A DNA stretch of 63,929 nucleotides, filler included, from an uncultured bacterium (GTDB lineage Bacteria; DAOPZR01), in assembly GCA_964637655.1 (NCBI GenBank). It is 5 parts of 5 records of this genome, joined end to end, with 100 filler letters (N's around TTAATTAATTAA, not from the genome) between each part and the next. Parts side by side here need not be neighbours in the genome. Positions count along the whole stretch, not along the records: positions 13,901 to 27,648 come from CAZWUZ010000074.1; positions 27,749 to 41,495 come from CAZWUZ010000075.1; 3 more parts are not named here. The stretch is one strand, 5' to 3'. The notes beneath the pieces are model-generated. The model ran no database searches, had not been told where the DNA came from, and saw only the letters and a program-made list of their open reading frames with translations. Shown piece after piece: positions 20,408-28,208 of this stretch. The stretch's first letter is position 1; each line of letters starts with the position of its first letter. The position numbers and the translations under genes are program-made.

Positions 20408-21586
20408 TCATCGATTCATCTCACGAACCGCGCTTGCCACCTGCGCCAGCGGCAGCGCCTGAATCCGCTCCGCCAGCGACCACGTGCGGTCACCCGGATA
20501 GACCGCCCAGAGGCGGGTCAATTTCAGATCAGCCATGGCGATGTGCATGGAACGCGTCACCTGTGGCGTATCCGCGAACTTGAACTCGAATCCGTACCGT
20601 TTGCCACCGCGCACAATCAGCAGATCGAGTTCCGCCCCGGCGTGGGTGCGGTAAAACGCGGCGTCACGCTCGGCACCTGCCGCACGAATCACCTCGTCCA
20701 TCGCAAACCCCTCCCAGGAAAAACCAAACCGGGGGTGCGCCATCAACTGTGCCGCCGTACGCAGGCCAAGCAATGCGTGCAGGAGACCGGTATCGCGGAA
20801 ATAGACCTTGGGCGCCTTGACCACGCGCTTGCCCGTGTTCTCGAACCACGGCTGCAGCTGACGGACCATGAACGCACCGGTCAGGATATCAAGGTAGTGG
20901 CGCGCCGTGTCTTCTTTCACGCCCATCGCCCGGCCCAGTTCCGCCGCGTTCCAGACCTGGCCATGCCAATGCGCAAGCATCGTCCAGAAGCGGCGCAACG
21001 CCGACGCCGGCACGCGAATCCCGAGCTGAGGGATGTCCCGTTCGAGGAATGACTGGATGAAGTTCATCCGCCAATCGTGGCTTTTCGCCACGCTCCCGGC
21101 CAGATACGAGGCCGGCAGACCGCCGCGCAGCCAGAGCCGCTGCCAATGGTCGGCCCCGGCCTCGGGCAGCGTGAAGCCGGCCATCTCAATAAAGGCCACG
21201 CGACCGGCCATCGACTCTGAGACACCTTTCACGATCGCTGGTGATGCACTGCCGAGAATAAGAAAGCGTGCAGGCAACGGCCGGCGATCCGCAAGCACCC
21301 GCAGCAGCGAAAAGAGCTCAGGCTGCCGCTGGACTTCGTCGAGAACCACGAGCCCCCTCTGTTCCTTGAGCATGGTCCGACTGGCTTCGGGCTGCAGCGG
21401 CGTTTCCGGATCTTCGAGGTCGAAGACCACGGTCTTCTGGTGCGTCGCAATCCGCCGGGCAAGCGAGGTCTTGCCGCACTGGCGCGGCCCCAGCAGCAGA
21501 GTGATCGGGTATTCACCGATTGCCGCCAGGATGCGGGTTTCGAGCGCGGTTCGTTTATGCCATTTCATAATATGGAATATTACCAT
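20408..21586 (-). CDS. ATP-binding protein (AAA_14 + DUF4143)
   Basis: GPRQCGKT, LDEVQ, ILGSAS, RGGLP, KAPKVYFRDTGLL, ELDLL...FEFK. Confidence 0.9.
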   Translation of the reverse strand: MVIFHIMKWHKRTALETRILAAIGEYPITLLLGPRQCGKTSLARRIATHQKTVVFDLEDPETPLQPEASRTMLKEQRGLVVLDEVQRQPELFSLLRVLADRRPLPARFLILGSASPAIVKGVSESMAGRVAFIEMAGFTLPEAGADHWQRLWLRGGLPASYLAGSVAKSHDWRMNFIQSFLERDIPQLGIRVPASALRRFWTMLAHWHGQVWNAAELGRAMGVKEDTARHYLDILTGAFMVRQLQPWFENTGKRVVKAPKVYFRDTGLLHALLGLRTAAQLMAHPRFGFSWEGFAMDEVIRAAGAERDAAFYRTHAGAELDLLIVRGGKRYGFEFKFADTPQVTRSMHIAMADLKLTRLWAVYPGDRTWSLAERIQALPLAQVASAVREMNR

Positions 21587-21697
21587 ACAATACGGTGTTT
21601 TTCAAGGTATATTTATTAGTCAGCTGCGGTCGCCTACCGGCCATCATCCGTTATCGTTGCACCAAAGGGTGGTTTTGAGCGAGGGTATAGTTGCTCC

Positions 21698-21758
21698 CGA
21701 CAACGATGAGCGCTCTGCAGGCGCGGCATTTTGCGCCCGCTGCGGCGCGAAGTTGAGC
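21698..21758 (-). repeat. attC site 1 (distal)
   Basis: Minus strand GCTCAAC TTCGC GCCGCAGC...GCAGAGC GCTCATC GTTGTCG. Confidence 0.8.
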
Positions 21759-21830
21759 TGCCGTTGCTCATAATTTCATTGTTCCTGCTCGCATAATGTC
21801 AAAACCGTGTCGGAGCACAGGCGGCAAGCG

Positions 21831-22250
21831 TCATCGTCGGGATAGTAGTTTGATTAATTCCCTCGTGGTGATGATGACTACCTCAGATTGTTCACGGAAC
21901 CCGCCGTCATTCGACCATAGCCCGATTTGCAGATGCAGCGCCAGCGCCAAATATGGGGCATCATGCGCATGCGCTGCAAGTATTCTCGCCCGCGGCAACA
22001 GCCTGATATAGTCAGCGGCCGGGATTATCCGCATTCTTGTTGTGAGTACATCGATGATTTCGTTTACCTGTGCCGCCGTCAGACCGCCCAGACGCTTGCG
22101 AAAAGCCGGAGTACACAACACCTTGCGGGCTTCCGACAGGCCGTATTCCGGCAGCGACAGTGTCAAACGCTCATCGAGCAGTAATTCGCGCGTGACTGCC
22201 GCCTTCATAAAGCCGGCAACGATAATATTGGCGTCAACCACCAGTTCCAT
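21831..22250 (-). CDS. PIN domain toxin (cassette)
   Basis: MELVVDANII...E...DAPYLALAL...LWSND. Confidence 0.9.
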   Translation of the reverse strand: MELVVDANIIVAGFMKAAVTRELLLDERLTLSLPEYGLSEARKVLCTPAFRKRLGGLTAAQVNEIIDVLTTRMRIIPAADYIRLLPRARILAAHAHDAPYLALALHLQIGLWSNDGGFREQSEVVIITTRELIKLLSRR

Positions 22251-22255
22251 GGGCG

Positions 22256-22480
22256 CTACCGTGCCTGCTGCTTGCGTGCCACTCGGGCACGAATCCTACG
22301 CCCGGTTGTAATCGCTTCCGTTTCGGTCACCGAGCTGTTGCGCAACAACTCATTCATTCTTGCCAGTGTGCGCACCTTATCCATGATTGCCTGCCGTGCG
22401 ACTTCCGACCAATTGATTTCAGGAAAAACCGCCATCTGATTGCGTAATTCCGCCGGGATCGCAAGTGTCATGTTTGGCAT
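22256..22480 (-). CDS. Putative RHH-type antitoxin (cassette)
   Basis: 74 aa MPNMTLAIP...EINWSEVARQAI, directly upstream of PIN gene, GGAGG RBS. Confidence 0.8.
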   Translation of the reverse strand: MPNMTLAIPAELRNQMAVFPEINWSEVARQAIMDKVRTLARMNELLRNSSVTETEAITTGRRIRARVARKQQAR

Positions 22481-22603
22481 TGTGTTGCCTCCTGTGTGAT
22501 ATGTGCACTATGTGTAATATGTACCATAGCATGCCCGGTTATGCAACTATGCTGTGACGCTTAATCCGTGTCTGCATAAATATCGCTACGTCAATCGCAA
22601 TTA

Positions 22604-22668
22604 ATCCAACCGATGGCGCTCAACGGGCGCCAGCTTCCATGGCGCCCGTTGCAGCGCATAGGTTGGCC
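22604..22668 (-). repeat. attC site 2 (different family)
   Basis: Minus strand GGCCAAC CTATGC GCTGCAAC GGGCGCCA...TGGCGCCC GTTGAGC GCCATCG GTTGGAT. Confidence 0.85.
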
Positions 22669-22757
22669 ATATTCCTTGCAATTATAATTTCCAGGTCGGC
22701 AACAGCATGGCCACCACGTAATTGATCCGTGAGTAGTGGTCTACTCCCGTATCCACT

Positions 22758-23168
22758 TCATCGTGCTTGTAGCCAATTCTCAACTCGCAGAGCCGGGACA
22801 CGAGCGAAATGCCGCAGGTTCCCGGTAATTAGCGTCATGTCATGCGCCAGCGCAATCGCGGCTATCTGCAGATCAAGATGCGCCAGCGGTCGGCCGCTTT
22901 TTTCCAAGCGCGCCCGCAGTTCGCCGTACGCATAGGCCGCACCAGAGTCAAAATCAAGGACATTAACCCGCGCCAGCAATATCTGCTGCAATTGGTTCAA
23001 ATAATGCTCACGACGAGCGCTCTTCATGGCGCCATAAACGATTTCACTGATGGTTACGGTAGAAATAAACTGGTTGGCAGATGGCACTTCGCGTAGCCGT
23101 CTGATCAGAAAGGTCGGTGGGTGCGGCTTAACAATCGTGGTTATAACATCGGTGTCAAAGAGATACAC
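22758..23168 (-). CDS. vapC: VapC-family PIN toxin (cassette)
   Basis: GTG start, YLFDTDVI...SEIVYG...DLQIAAIAL...LITGNLRHF. Confidence 0.9.
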   Translation of the reverse strand: MYLFDTDVITTIVKPHPPTFLIRRLREVPSANQFISTVTISEIVYGAMKSARREHYLNQLQQILLARVNVLDFDSGAAYAYGELRARLEKSGRPLAHLDLQIAAIALAHDMTLITGNLRHFARVPALRVENWLQAR

Positions 23169-23442
23169 GCCGCATCTTGTCCCGGCGGCGACGCTTGTAC
23201 GCCGCGTCAATATTTTCGCCCCACTCAACGCTATGCTGCAGTTTGTCGGCAACCGCCGCTAGTCCCCCCGCCGCATCAGCGCGTTTGGCTGCCCGCAGCG
23301 CCTCCAAACTCACCAATGCCGCCACCGGTTTATTGCGGCGAGTGATGACAAACTGTTTGCCGGAATAAGTCACTTGCGCTACCATTTCCGAAAATCGACT
23401 TTTCATCGTTGCTACCGAAATTTGTTGGTCCACGGGCATCAC
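23155..23442 (-). CDS. Phd/YefM family antitoxin (cassette)
   Basis: ISVATMKSRFSE...FVITRRNKPVAALV; overlaps toxin start. Confidence 0.9.
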   Translation of the reverse strand: MMPVDQQISVATMKSRFSEMVAQVTYSGKQFVITRRNKPVAALVSLEALRAAKRADAAGGLAAVADKLQHSVEWGENIDAAYKRRRRDKMRRVSL

Positions 23443-23448
23443 TCCTAG

Positions 23449-23499
23449 TAGGTCATTATGACCTATTGATCATTATACCACAGTTCATGTTATTTGCAA
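23449..23499 (-). promoter_or_regulatory. Sigma70-type promoter and palindromic operator of phd-vapC
   Basis: Minus strand TTGCAA-N16-TATAAT with extended TG; perfect IR TAGGTCAT-T-ATGACCTA at 23449-23465. Confidence 0.75.
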
Positions 23500-23650
23500 G
23501 GAATATTTCGAGGAAACAGTAGCGGTACGGTAATTGCGCGTGGTTGGCTTTCGCAATCACCTCCAAGTCGCGCACAAATCAAGGGAATTTATTCTCGATC
23601 TTTCGAGCTCCGCATAGGCACACATTTGTACCGATCACCATCAGCTTTAA

Positions 23651-23715
23651 GGCTAACGATGAGCGCTCTGCGTTGAGCCGCGCCAGCGGCGAAGCGCAGC
23701 AGTGCGAAGTTGGCC
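23651..23715 (-). repeat. attC site 3
   Basis: Minus strand GGCCAAC TTCGC ACTGCTGC...GCAGAGC GCTCATC GTTAGCC. Confidence 0.9.
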
Positions 23716-23728
23716 GAGATTTCTTCAT

Positions 23729-24178
23729 TCATGTATTGGCGAGGCGTGATGTAAATGTACGGAGCGATAATATCGGCAAGGAACGATACGTTTTCAACTC
23801 TAACAGATGCGTATCTCCGCTCACGAGATAATCAGCCTTGCCTGCCAATGCGCAGGCAAGGAACATATCGTCATCGGGATCATCCTTGATTATCTTTGGC
23901 GTGGAACGTGGATTGACCGAAATGATAAAAGGCAGCACTTCCCTATGCAAGATTGACTTGCACTCGCGGGCGGTGAGCTTGAATTTTGGATAATTCATAA
24001 CCCGCACGAGTTCCGCCAGGGTGTCGCGTGAGAACAACAAAACAAGCCGACCGCACCGCCACTGTCCAACCAACTCAGCTGCATGCCCGCTAAACAACAA
24101 CGCAGACACCATGACATTGGTGTCCAGTACGACTCTAAGCTGACGCTTAACTGCGGCGTGCCCACGCGATGGCGTCAT
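23729..24178 (-). CDS. PIN family toxin (cassette)
   Basis: RVVLDTNVMVSALLF...EL...YPKF...DPDDDMFLACA...LVSGDTHLL. Confidence 0.9.
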   Translation of the reverse strand: MTPSRGHAAVKRQLRVVLDTNVMVSALLFSGHAAELVGQWRCGRLVLLFSRDTLAELVRVMNYPKFKLTARECKSILHREVLPFIISVNPRSTPKIIKDDPDDDMFLACALAGKADYLVSGDTHLLELKTYRSLPILSLRTFTSRLANT

Positions 24179-24380
24179 CGATATCTTTTTCCTTCAGTCC
24201 TAGTTTGGCTATCTTCTTTTTGACTTCTGGCAGTACTGTAGTGTCGGGCACCATCTGCATCGGACGCAGAATCAACACGTTGCCTTCGCGCGACACGTCG
24301 AAATATTCAGTCGCTTCCATCCCGGCAATCATAGCCTTGGGTATAGTAATCTGGTTTTTACAAGTTCGCTTGGCAAGCAT
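24147..24380 (-). CDS. AbrB/MazE/SpoVT family antitoxin (cassette)
   Basis: MLAKRTCKNQITIPK...YFDVS...LILRP; GGAGG RBS. Confidence 0.9.
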   Translation of the reverse strand: MLAKRTCKNQITIPKAMIAGMEATEYFDVSREGNVLILRPMQMVPDTTVLPEVKKKIAKLGLKEKDIDDAIAWARRS

Positions 24381-24399
24381 TGTAACACCTCCTAAATAT

Positions 24400-24428
24400 A
24401 TTATAGCAGGATTCCTTACAAATGTCAA
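24400..24428 (-). promoter_or_regulatory. Consensus sigma70 promoter of AbrB-PIN cassette
   Basis: Minus strand TTGACA-N17-TATAAT with extended TG. Confidence 0.85.
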
Positions 24429-24486
24429 GCATTACTTCATTACTAGTTCCTTATGGTCAGGATTTCATCATATCAGCATTATTCCC

Positions 24487-24537
24487 GGCCAACGATTAGC
24501 GCTCTGCGAGCGCTGATTCACCGGCGCGAAGTTCGCT
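24487..24537 (-). repeat. attC site 4 (short, degenerate)
   Basis: Minus strand AGCGAAC TTCGC GCCGGTGAATCAGCGCTC GCAGAGC GCTAATC GTTGGCC. Confidence 0.75.
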
Positions 24538-25020
24538 CTTCATTGGTCTGTGCTCTCTGGTCTGCCTTGCTTCTTTTCCAGGTTCCGCGGGCAGTGCTGC
24601 AAACAGCCTGTCAAATTGGTTTCTCGTTTCTGGCGGAAGATCCTCGTAAGTCACATAGACTTTGTCAGTGGAAAGAAACTCCATTAAATCATTAGATGCT
24701 GAATCAACTCGTAAATATTCGTTCGCAGGAATGGAAAGCCCTAATATAAGTCCTCCGTCGCTTAAAAAGAAGGCGTGAGCATTTTCATCTACCGTTTTGC
24801 TACGCCAATAGACGCCGTAAGCCTCATTAAGGTGAAGGCAGCAGTATCGAATTAGTTCTTTGTCATTCTTCAAAATGAGTTTCGGTGAATCCGCGTAAGC
24901 AGGAATCCAGTATTCATCGGCACTTTCTTCCCGCAGGGGCATATATCGATCCAAGAATCTATTGATTAGTTCTTCGGATCGTTGGTTAGCCAAAGCATAA
25001 ATGTCAGCATATTCCGGCAT
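24496..25020 (-). CDS. Hypothetical protein (cassette)
   Basis: 174-aa ORF starting just after the attC5 core with GAGG RBS; stop lies inside attC4. Confidence 0.8.
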   Translation of the reverse strand: MPEYADIYALANQRSEELINRFLDRYMPLREESADEYWIPAYADSPKLILKNDKELIRYCCLHLNEAYGVYWRSKTVDENAHAFFLSDGGLILGLSIPANEYLRVDSASNDLMEFLSTDKVYVTYEDLPPETRNQFDRLFAALPAEPGKEARQTREHRPMKSELRAGESALAER

Positions 25021-25031
25021 TTCATTTCCTC

Positions 25032-25094
25032 AGCGAACGATTAGCGCTCACCGGTCGACGCTTCAGCGGCGACTGGAGGAGCGCTTTGTTGGCT
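25032..25094 (-). repeat. attC site 5
   Basis: Minus strand AGCCAAC AAAGC GCTCCTCC...GGTGAGC GCTAATC GTTCGCT. Confidence 0.85.
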
Positions 25095-25553
25095 TTCCGC
25101 TGTCCAATAATTTTTCATTCTCGGGTAGAATTGTTCAGGGGGCAGATTCGAGCCGATCGAATCCCACCATTGAGCCCAGTCTTGCCAGCGTGAGCCGAAT
25201 TGTTCTCCGGTAAGAGAACACAATGCTGTCGCACAATGAAATGTTGTACATGCAGCCGGACCACCATCGGCATCAGATTGCCTGCGAAGTGCCTTGATAA
25301 GCAAAGGCACTGATTCTGCATTTCCTTCCAATCCCAGGTAGAGGAAGGCATCGTGCTTATTGCCCCATTGGAACCCAATAACCTTGTGGCATACGACACG
25401 CCTTTCTTCAATCGTAGAGTGTTCTATCCACTCTAAGTCATTCATCTTTTGGTTAGGTATCCAGAATTCACAATACCAATATGATCCATATATCGCGCCA
25501 GCGATAAGGAACCCTGCGAACGCGATAACAAATATTTTTCGTCGCTTTGTCAT
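25041..25553 (-). CDS. Membrane-anchored HEAT-like protein (cassette)
   Basis: N-terminal TM; DAFLYLG...ESVPLLIKAL, ALCSLTGEQFG...W..WW; stop inside attC5. Confidence 0.7.
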   Translation of the reverse strand: MTKRRKIFVIAFAGFLIAGAIYGSYWYCEFWIPNQKMNDLEWIEHSTIEERRVVCHKVIGFQWGNKHDAFLYLGLEGNAESVPLLIKALRRQSDADGGPAACTTFHCATALCSLTGEQFGSRWQDWAQWWDSIGSNLPPEQFYPRMKNYWTAESQQSAPPVAAEASTGER

Positions 25554-25565
25554 GGTCTCATTTCA

Positions 25566-25630
25566 AGCCAACGATTAGCGCTCTGCGTTGAGCCGCGCCA
25601 GCGGCGAAGCGCAGCAGCGCGAAGTTGGGA
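25566..25630 (-). repeat. attC site 6
   Basis: Minus strand TCCCAAC TTCGC GCTGCTGC GCTTCGCCGCTGGCGCGGCTCAAC GCAGAGC GCTAATC GTTGGCT. Confidence 0.92.
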
Positions 25631-26245
25631 TTACTGCTTTGTAATAATCGATTCATTTGCGCCCATTGTGCAAAACCCGGGTATCACCCCTGCCGTAATT
25701 CCAGTGGCAAGGTTTCCTACGGCCTTGAATTTCGCCGGAAACACTTCCTGTTGATTCTTGCTGAGCACAGTGTAAAATTGGCGAATTTCTTCATCTGTAG
25801 GAGAAACAATTCCATACCAGAAAATGGCAATATTTCCATCGGGCAAAAACATGCGCGGTTGGAGAGTCCCGAGGTAAGGTTTACCGCCCGATTCAGTAGG
25901 ACTCTGTGGTGTGACAAAGCCGGGTATCTCAGTTCCATCGGCCAGAGAGATAGTAGCTTTCACAAGAAATGTCTCAGTTGGGTTAACAGGGATTTCTTTG
26001 TCCCACGGGCGAAATGTTTCTTCATCTGTTTCATCATACCAAGGCTCATCATAATCTACAATATGGCAGCTTACCCATATAGGATGTTGCTCAAAATCTC
26101 GCGGGCATAGATCGGCAATTTGTCGCAATATTGGTTTAGCAGAGTTCACGGGTCTATTTTCTGGTATTTCGGTTCTATTTCCGCGAAGTCGTACAATTAT
26201 TACGATTATGGCAACGACAACGATCACGATTATCGTATATTTCAT
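25631..26245 (-). CDS. Hypothetical membrane-anchored protein (cassette)
   Basis: MKYTIIVIVVVAIIVIIV TM; ORF fills the cassette and its TAA abuts the inverse core. Confidence 0.8.
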   Translation of the reverse strand: MKYTIIVIVVVAIIVIIVRLRGNRTEIPENRPVNSAKPILRQIADLCPRDFEQHPIWVSCHIVDYDEPWYDETDEETFRPWDKEIPVNPTETFLVKATISLADGTEIPGFVTPQSPTESGGKPYLGTLQPRMFLPDGNIAIFWYGIVSPTDEEIRQFYTVLSKNQQEVFPAKFKAVGNLATGITAGVIPGFCTMGANESIITKQ

Positions 26246-26257
26246 TTTATCATCCAA

Positions 26258-26323
26258 TCCCAACGATTAGCGCTCTGCGTTGAAGCCGCGCCAGCGGCGA
26301 AGCGTAGAAGCGCGAAGTTGGCC
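26258..26323 (-). repeat. attC site 7
   Basis: Minus strand GGCCAAC TTCGC GCTTCTAC...GCAGAGC GCTAATC GTTGGGA. Confidence 0.92.
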
Positions 26324-26338
26324 GTCGTATCTCCTCCA

Positions 26339-27106
26339 TTATTTACGCTCATCGTAATCGTTGACAAATCCACCCTCCGTCTTTGCGCCCAAGATTAATC
26401 CGCCCTGCAGACGCAATAGTAGTGCGACAAAAAACATAAAGGTTGCAGTCAACGGCATGACGCCCAAGCTTTTTGCAGGTTCGGCCCATGACCTATCATC
26501 AGCGAAAACTGCCGGGAAAGCAAGTACAAAACATAAACCGGCAGTGATAATCGCCCCTGTGAACGGTGCAAACAGTTTTTTGCGATACCGTATTTCTAGC
26601 AACCGCGTCAGAGAATATGACAGGTTCATCGCCATAAATCCCAGCATATGCATCAAGAAACCGGGCACATTATCAGTAAAGAGCTCCTTGCTTGCGAGGG
26701 TTATAAGCAGACTCACCAACATTCCTGGAGTGATAAACCATATGGGCAATAAAGGCTTTGGTATTTCCTTCGCCATGGTTTCAGCAAAGCCAAAAGATGC
26801 GCCAAGAAAGCCACATGGAATTCCGCCGAAGAATATTGCAAGAAGTCCGAATAAAGCTCCTCCAAGTAGATACACCGGATTATGTTCCATTCTGAAGGCA
26901 TCGTAGGATTCCACAGTGCCCAATACTAATACGGCTACAAACAAACCGATTACCGCACCGAAAGCCCCGCGAAGTGGCGGCCAACGCATGAATTTGGGGA
27001 TTTTGATTTTGGGTGTTAATACATAGGCAATACCTGCCACGGAACTCAGACCAACTATCGTTGCGGTTGCGGGCAAGATTATATTCAAACCATGGAATGA
27101 TGCCAT
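26339..27106 (-). CDS. Hypothetical polytopic membrane protein (cassette)
   Basis: 255 aa, multiple Gly-rich hydrophobic segments, GGGAG RBS. Confidence 0.8.
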   Translation of the reverse strand: MASFHGLNIILPATATIVGLSSVAGIAYVLTPKIKIPKFMRWPPLRGAFGAVIGLFVAVLVLGTVESYDAFRMEHNPVYLLGGALFGLLAIFFGGIPCGFLGASFGFAETMAKEIPKPLLPIWFITPGMLVSLLITLASKELFTDNVPGFLMHMLGFMAMNLSYSLTRLLEIRYRKKLFAPFTGAIITAGLCFVLAFPAVFADDRSWAEPAKSLGVMPLTATFMFFVALLLRLQGGLILGAKTEGGFVNDYDERK

Positions 27107-27175
27107 TTGATTAGCTCCCTGTCCCAGTTACCGCGTTCGCATATCTTTTGTTTTCATTCATCATCATCTGCATGA

Positions 27176-27240
27176 GGCCAACGATTAGCGCTCTGCGTTG
27201 AGCCGCGCCAGCGGCGAAGCGCAGAAGCGCGAAGTTCGCC
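27176..27240 (-). repeat. attC site 8
   Basis: Minus strand GGCGAAC TTCGC GCTTCTGC...GCAGAGC GCTAATC GTTGGCC. Confidence 0.92.
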
Positions 27241-27250
27241 ATGTAATTAT

Positions 27251-27574
27251 TCAGCATTTGGCTGATTTGTATTCGAAATGGATTCTGTTGTTTTCAACGA
27301 AGCTTGCCTCTCTGACAAGGGTTTGGATTCCAGTTGATTTGATTTCAGCAATTTTGATGTCGTTCAGAATGCAAGTCCAGGAGTGGCCAGTTCCGTCAAC
27401 ATTAGGTAAATATCCTGATGCGGTCTCTCTGGCCAATACTCCGGGATCAACAAATGAGGGTATCTTCATTATCTTTTTATGATCCTCACAATCGTCGCCA
27501 GCACATACCGAGTCTCTTGTTATTATTACATTGATTTGTGGCCTATCTTTGATAATTCGAAATTCCATTTTCAT
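27251..27574 (-). CDS. Hypothetical protein (cassette)
   Basis: About 107-aa ORF filling the cassette; TRDSVCAGDDCEDH motif. Confidence 0.8.
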   Translation of the reverse strand: MKMEFRIIKDRPQINVIITRDSVCAGDDCEDHKKIMKIPSFVDPGVLARETASGYLPNVDGTGHSWTCILNDIKIAEIKSTGIQTLVREASFVENNRIHFEYKSAKC

Positions 27575-27589
27575 CAATAATCTCTTCCT

Positions 27590-27648
27590 GGCGAACGATT
27601 AGCGCTCTGCGTTGAGCCGCGCTAGCGGCGAAGCGCAGCAGCGCGAAG
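27590..27648 (-). repeat. attC site 9, truncated by contig end
   Basis: Same family as attC6/8, core GTTCGCC; contig breaks at the inverse core. Confidence 0.9.
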
Positions 27649-27748
27649 NNNNNNNNNNNNNNNNNNNNNNNNNNNNNNNNNNNNNNNNNNNNTTAATTAA
27701 TTAANNNNNNNNNNNNNNNNNNNNNNNNNNNNNNNNNNNNNNNNNNNN
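27649..27748. other. Artificial contig linker
   Basis: N-TTAATTAATTAA-N. Confidence 0.98.
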
Positions 27749-28127
27749 GGCTCTCTGCGCCTTCGCCGATAACCGCGCGTCCGGCGGTCAGGGTACTCTG
27801 CTGCACGGCCTTTTCCACGATGATGTCCTGCCGCGCCGCCAGCGTGGTGCGCGTGGCATGCCGCACGTAGATGTTCAGCCCGGCATGCACGAGCATCGCC
27901 GCGGTCGCCCCGAAGAGAAAAAAAGCGCTGCCGAGTTCAGTGGTGATTTCCGCCTCGCTGCAGTCGCCCATGAAGACCGCGTGACCGCGCGCGCGCAGGT
28001 GCAGGTTGCTGACGTCAGGTTCGCAGGTGACGCTGCCGGGAAAGACGAGACGGGCACGCGGCGCGGGCGTGACGGTGATGGTCGCCTGCGGCAGGTCGCG
28101 CAGCAGCGCGCCCGTATCACTGCTCAT
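27749..28127 (-). CDS. FapA/DUF342-like beta-solenoid protein, truncated
   Basis: Repeating ...VHAGLNIYV...LAARQDIIV...LTAGRAVI pattern. Confidence 0.5.
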
Positions 28128-28208
28128 GCATGCTCCCGGAAAGGGTCAGACCCTGATGCATGCGTTTCCTCCATGCCTGCTGCAAGTATACCATATCGCG
28201 GGCAGTCC

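Larger units (their letters stand above)
21698..27648 (-). mobile_element. Integron gene cassette array (9 attC, 8 cassettes); no intI in window
   Basis: Co-oriented, AT-richer ORFs separated by related ~51-66 bp imperfect palindromes bounded by ...AAC and GTT...; the cores at the two ends of a cassette are complementary in 6 of 8 cassettes and differ by one base in a seventh. Confidence 0.92.

Noticed and set aside
21698-27648. Recurrent ~65-bp repeats as a CRISPR array
   Set aside because: The intervening segments are 0.35-1 kb and contain whole genes, the repeats have attC core structure, and no cas genes are present
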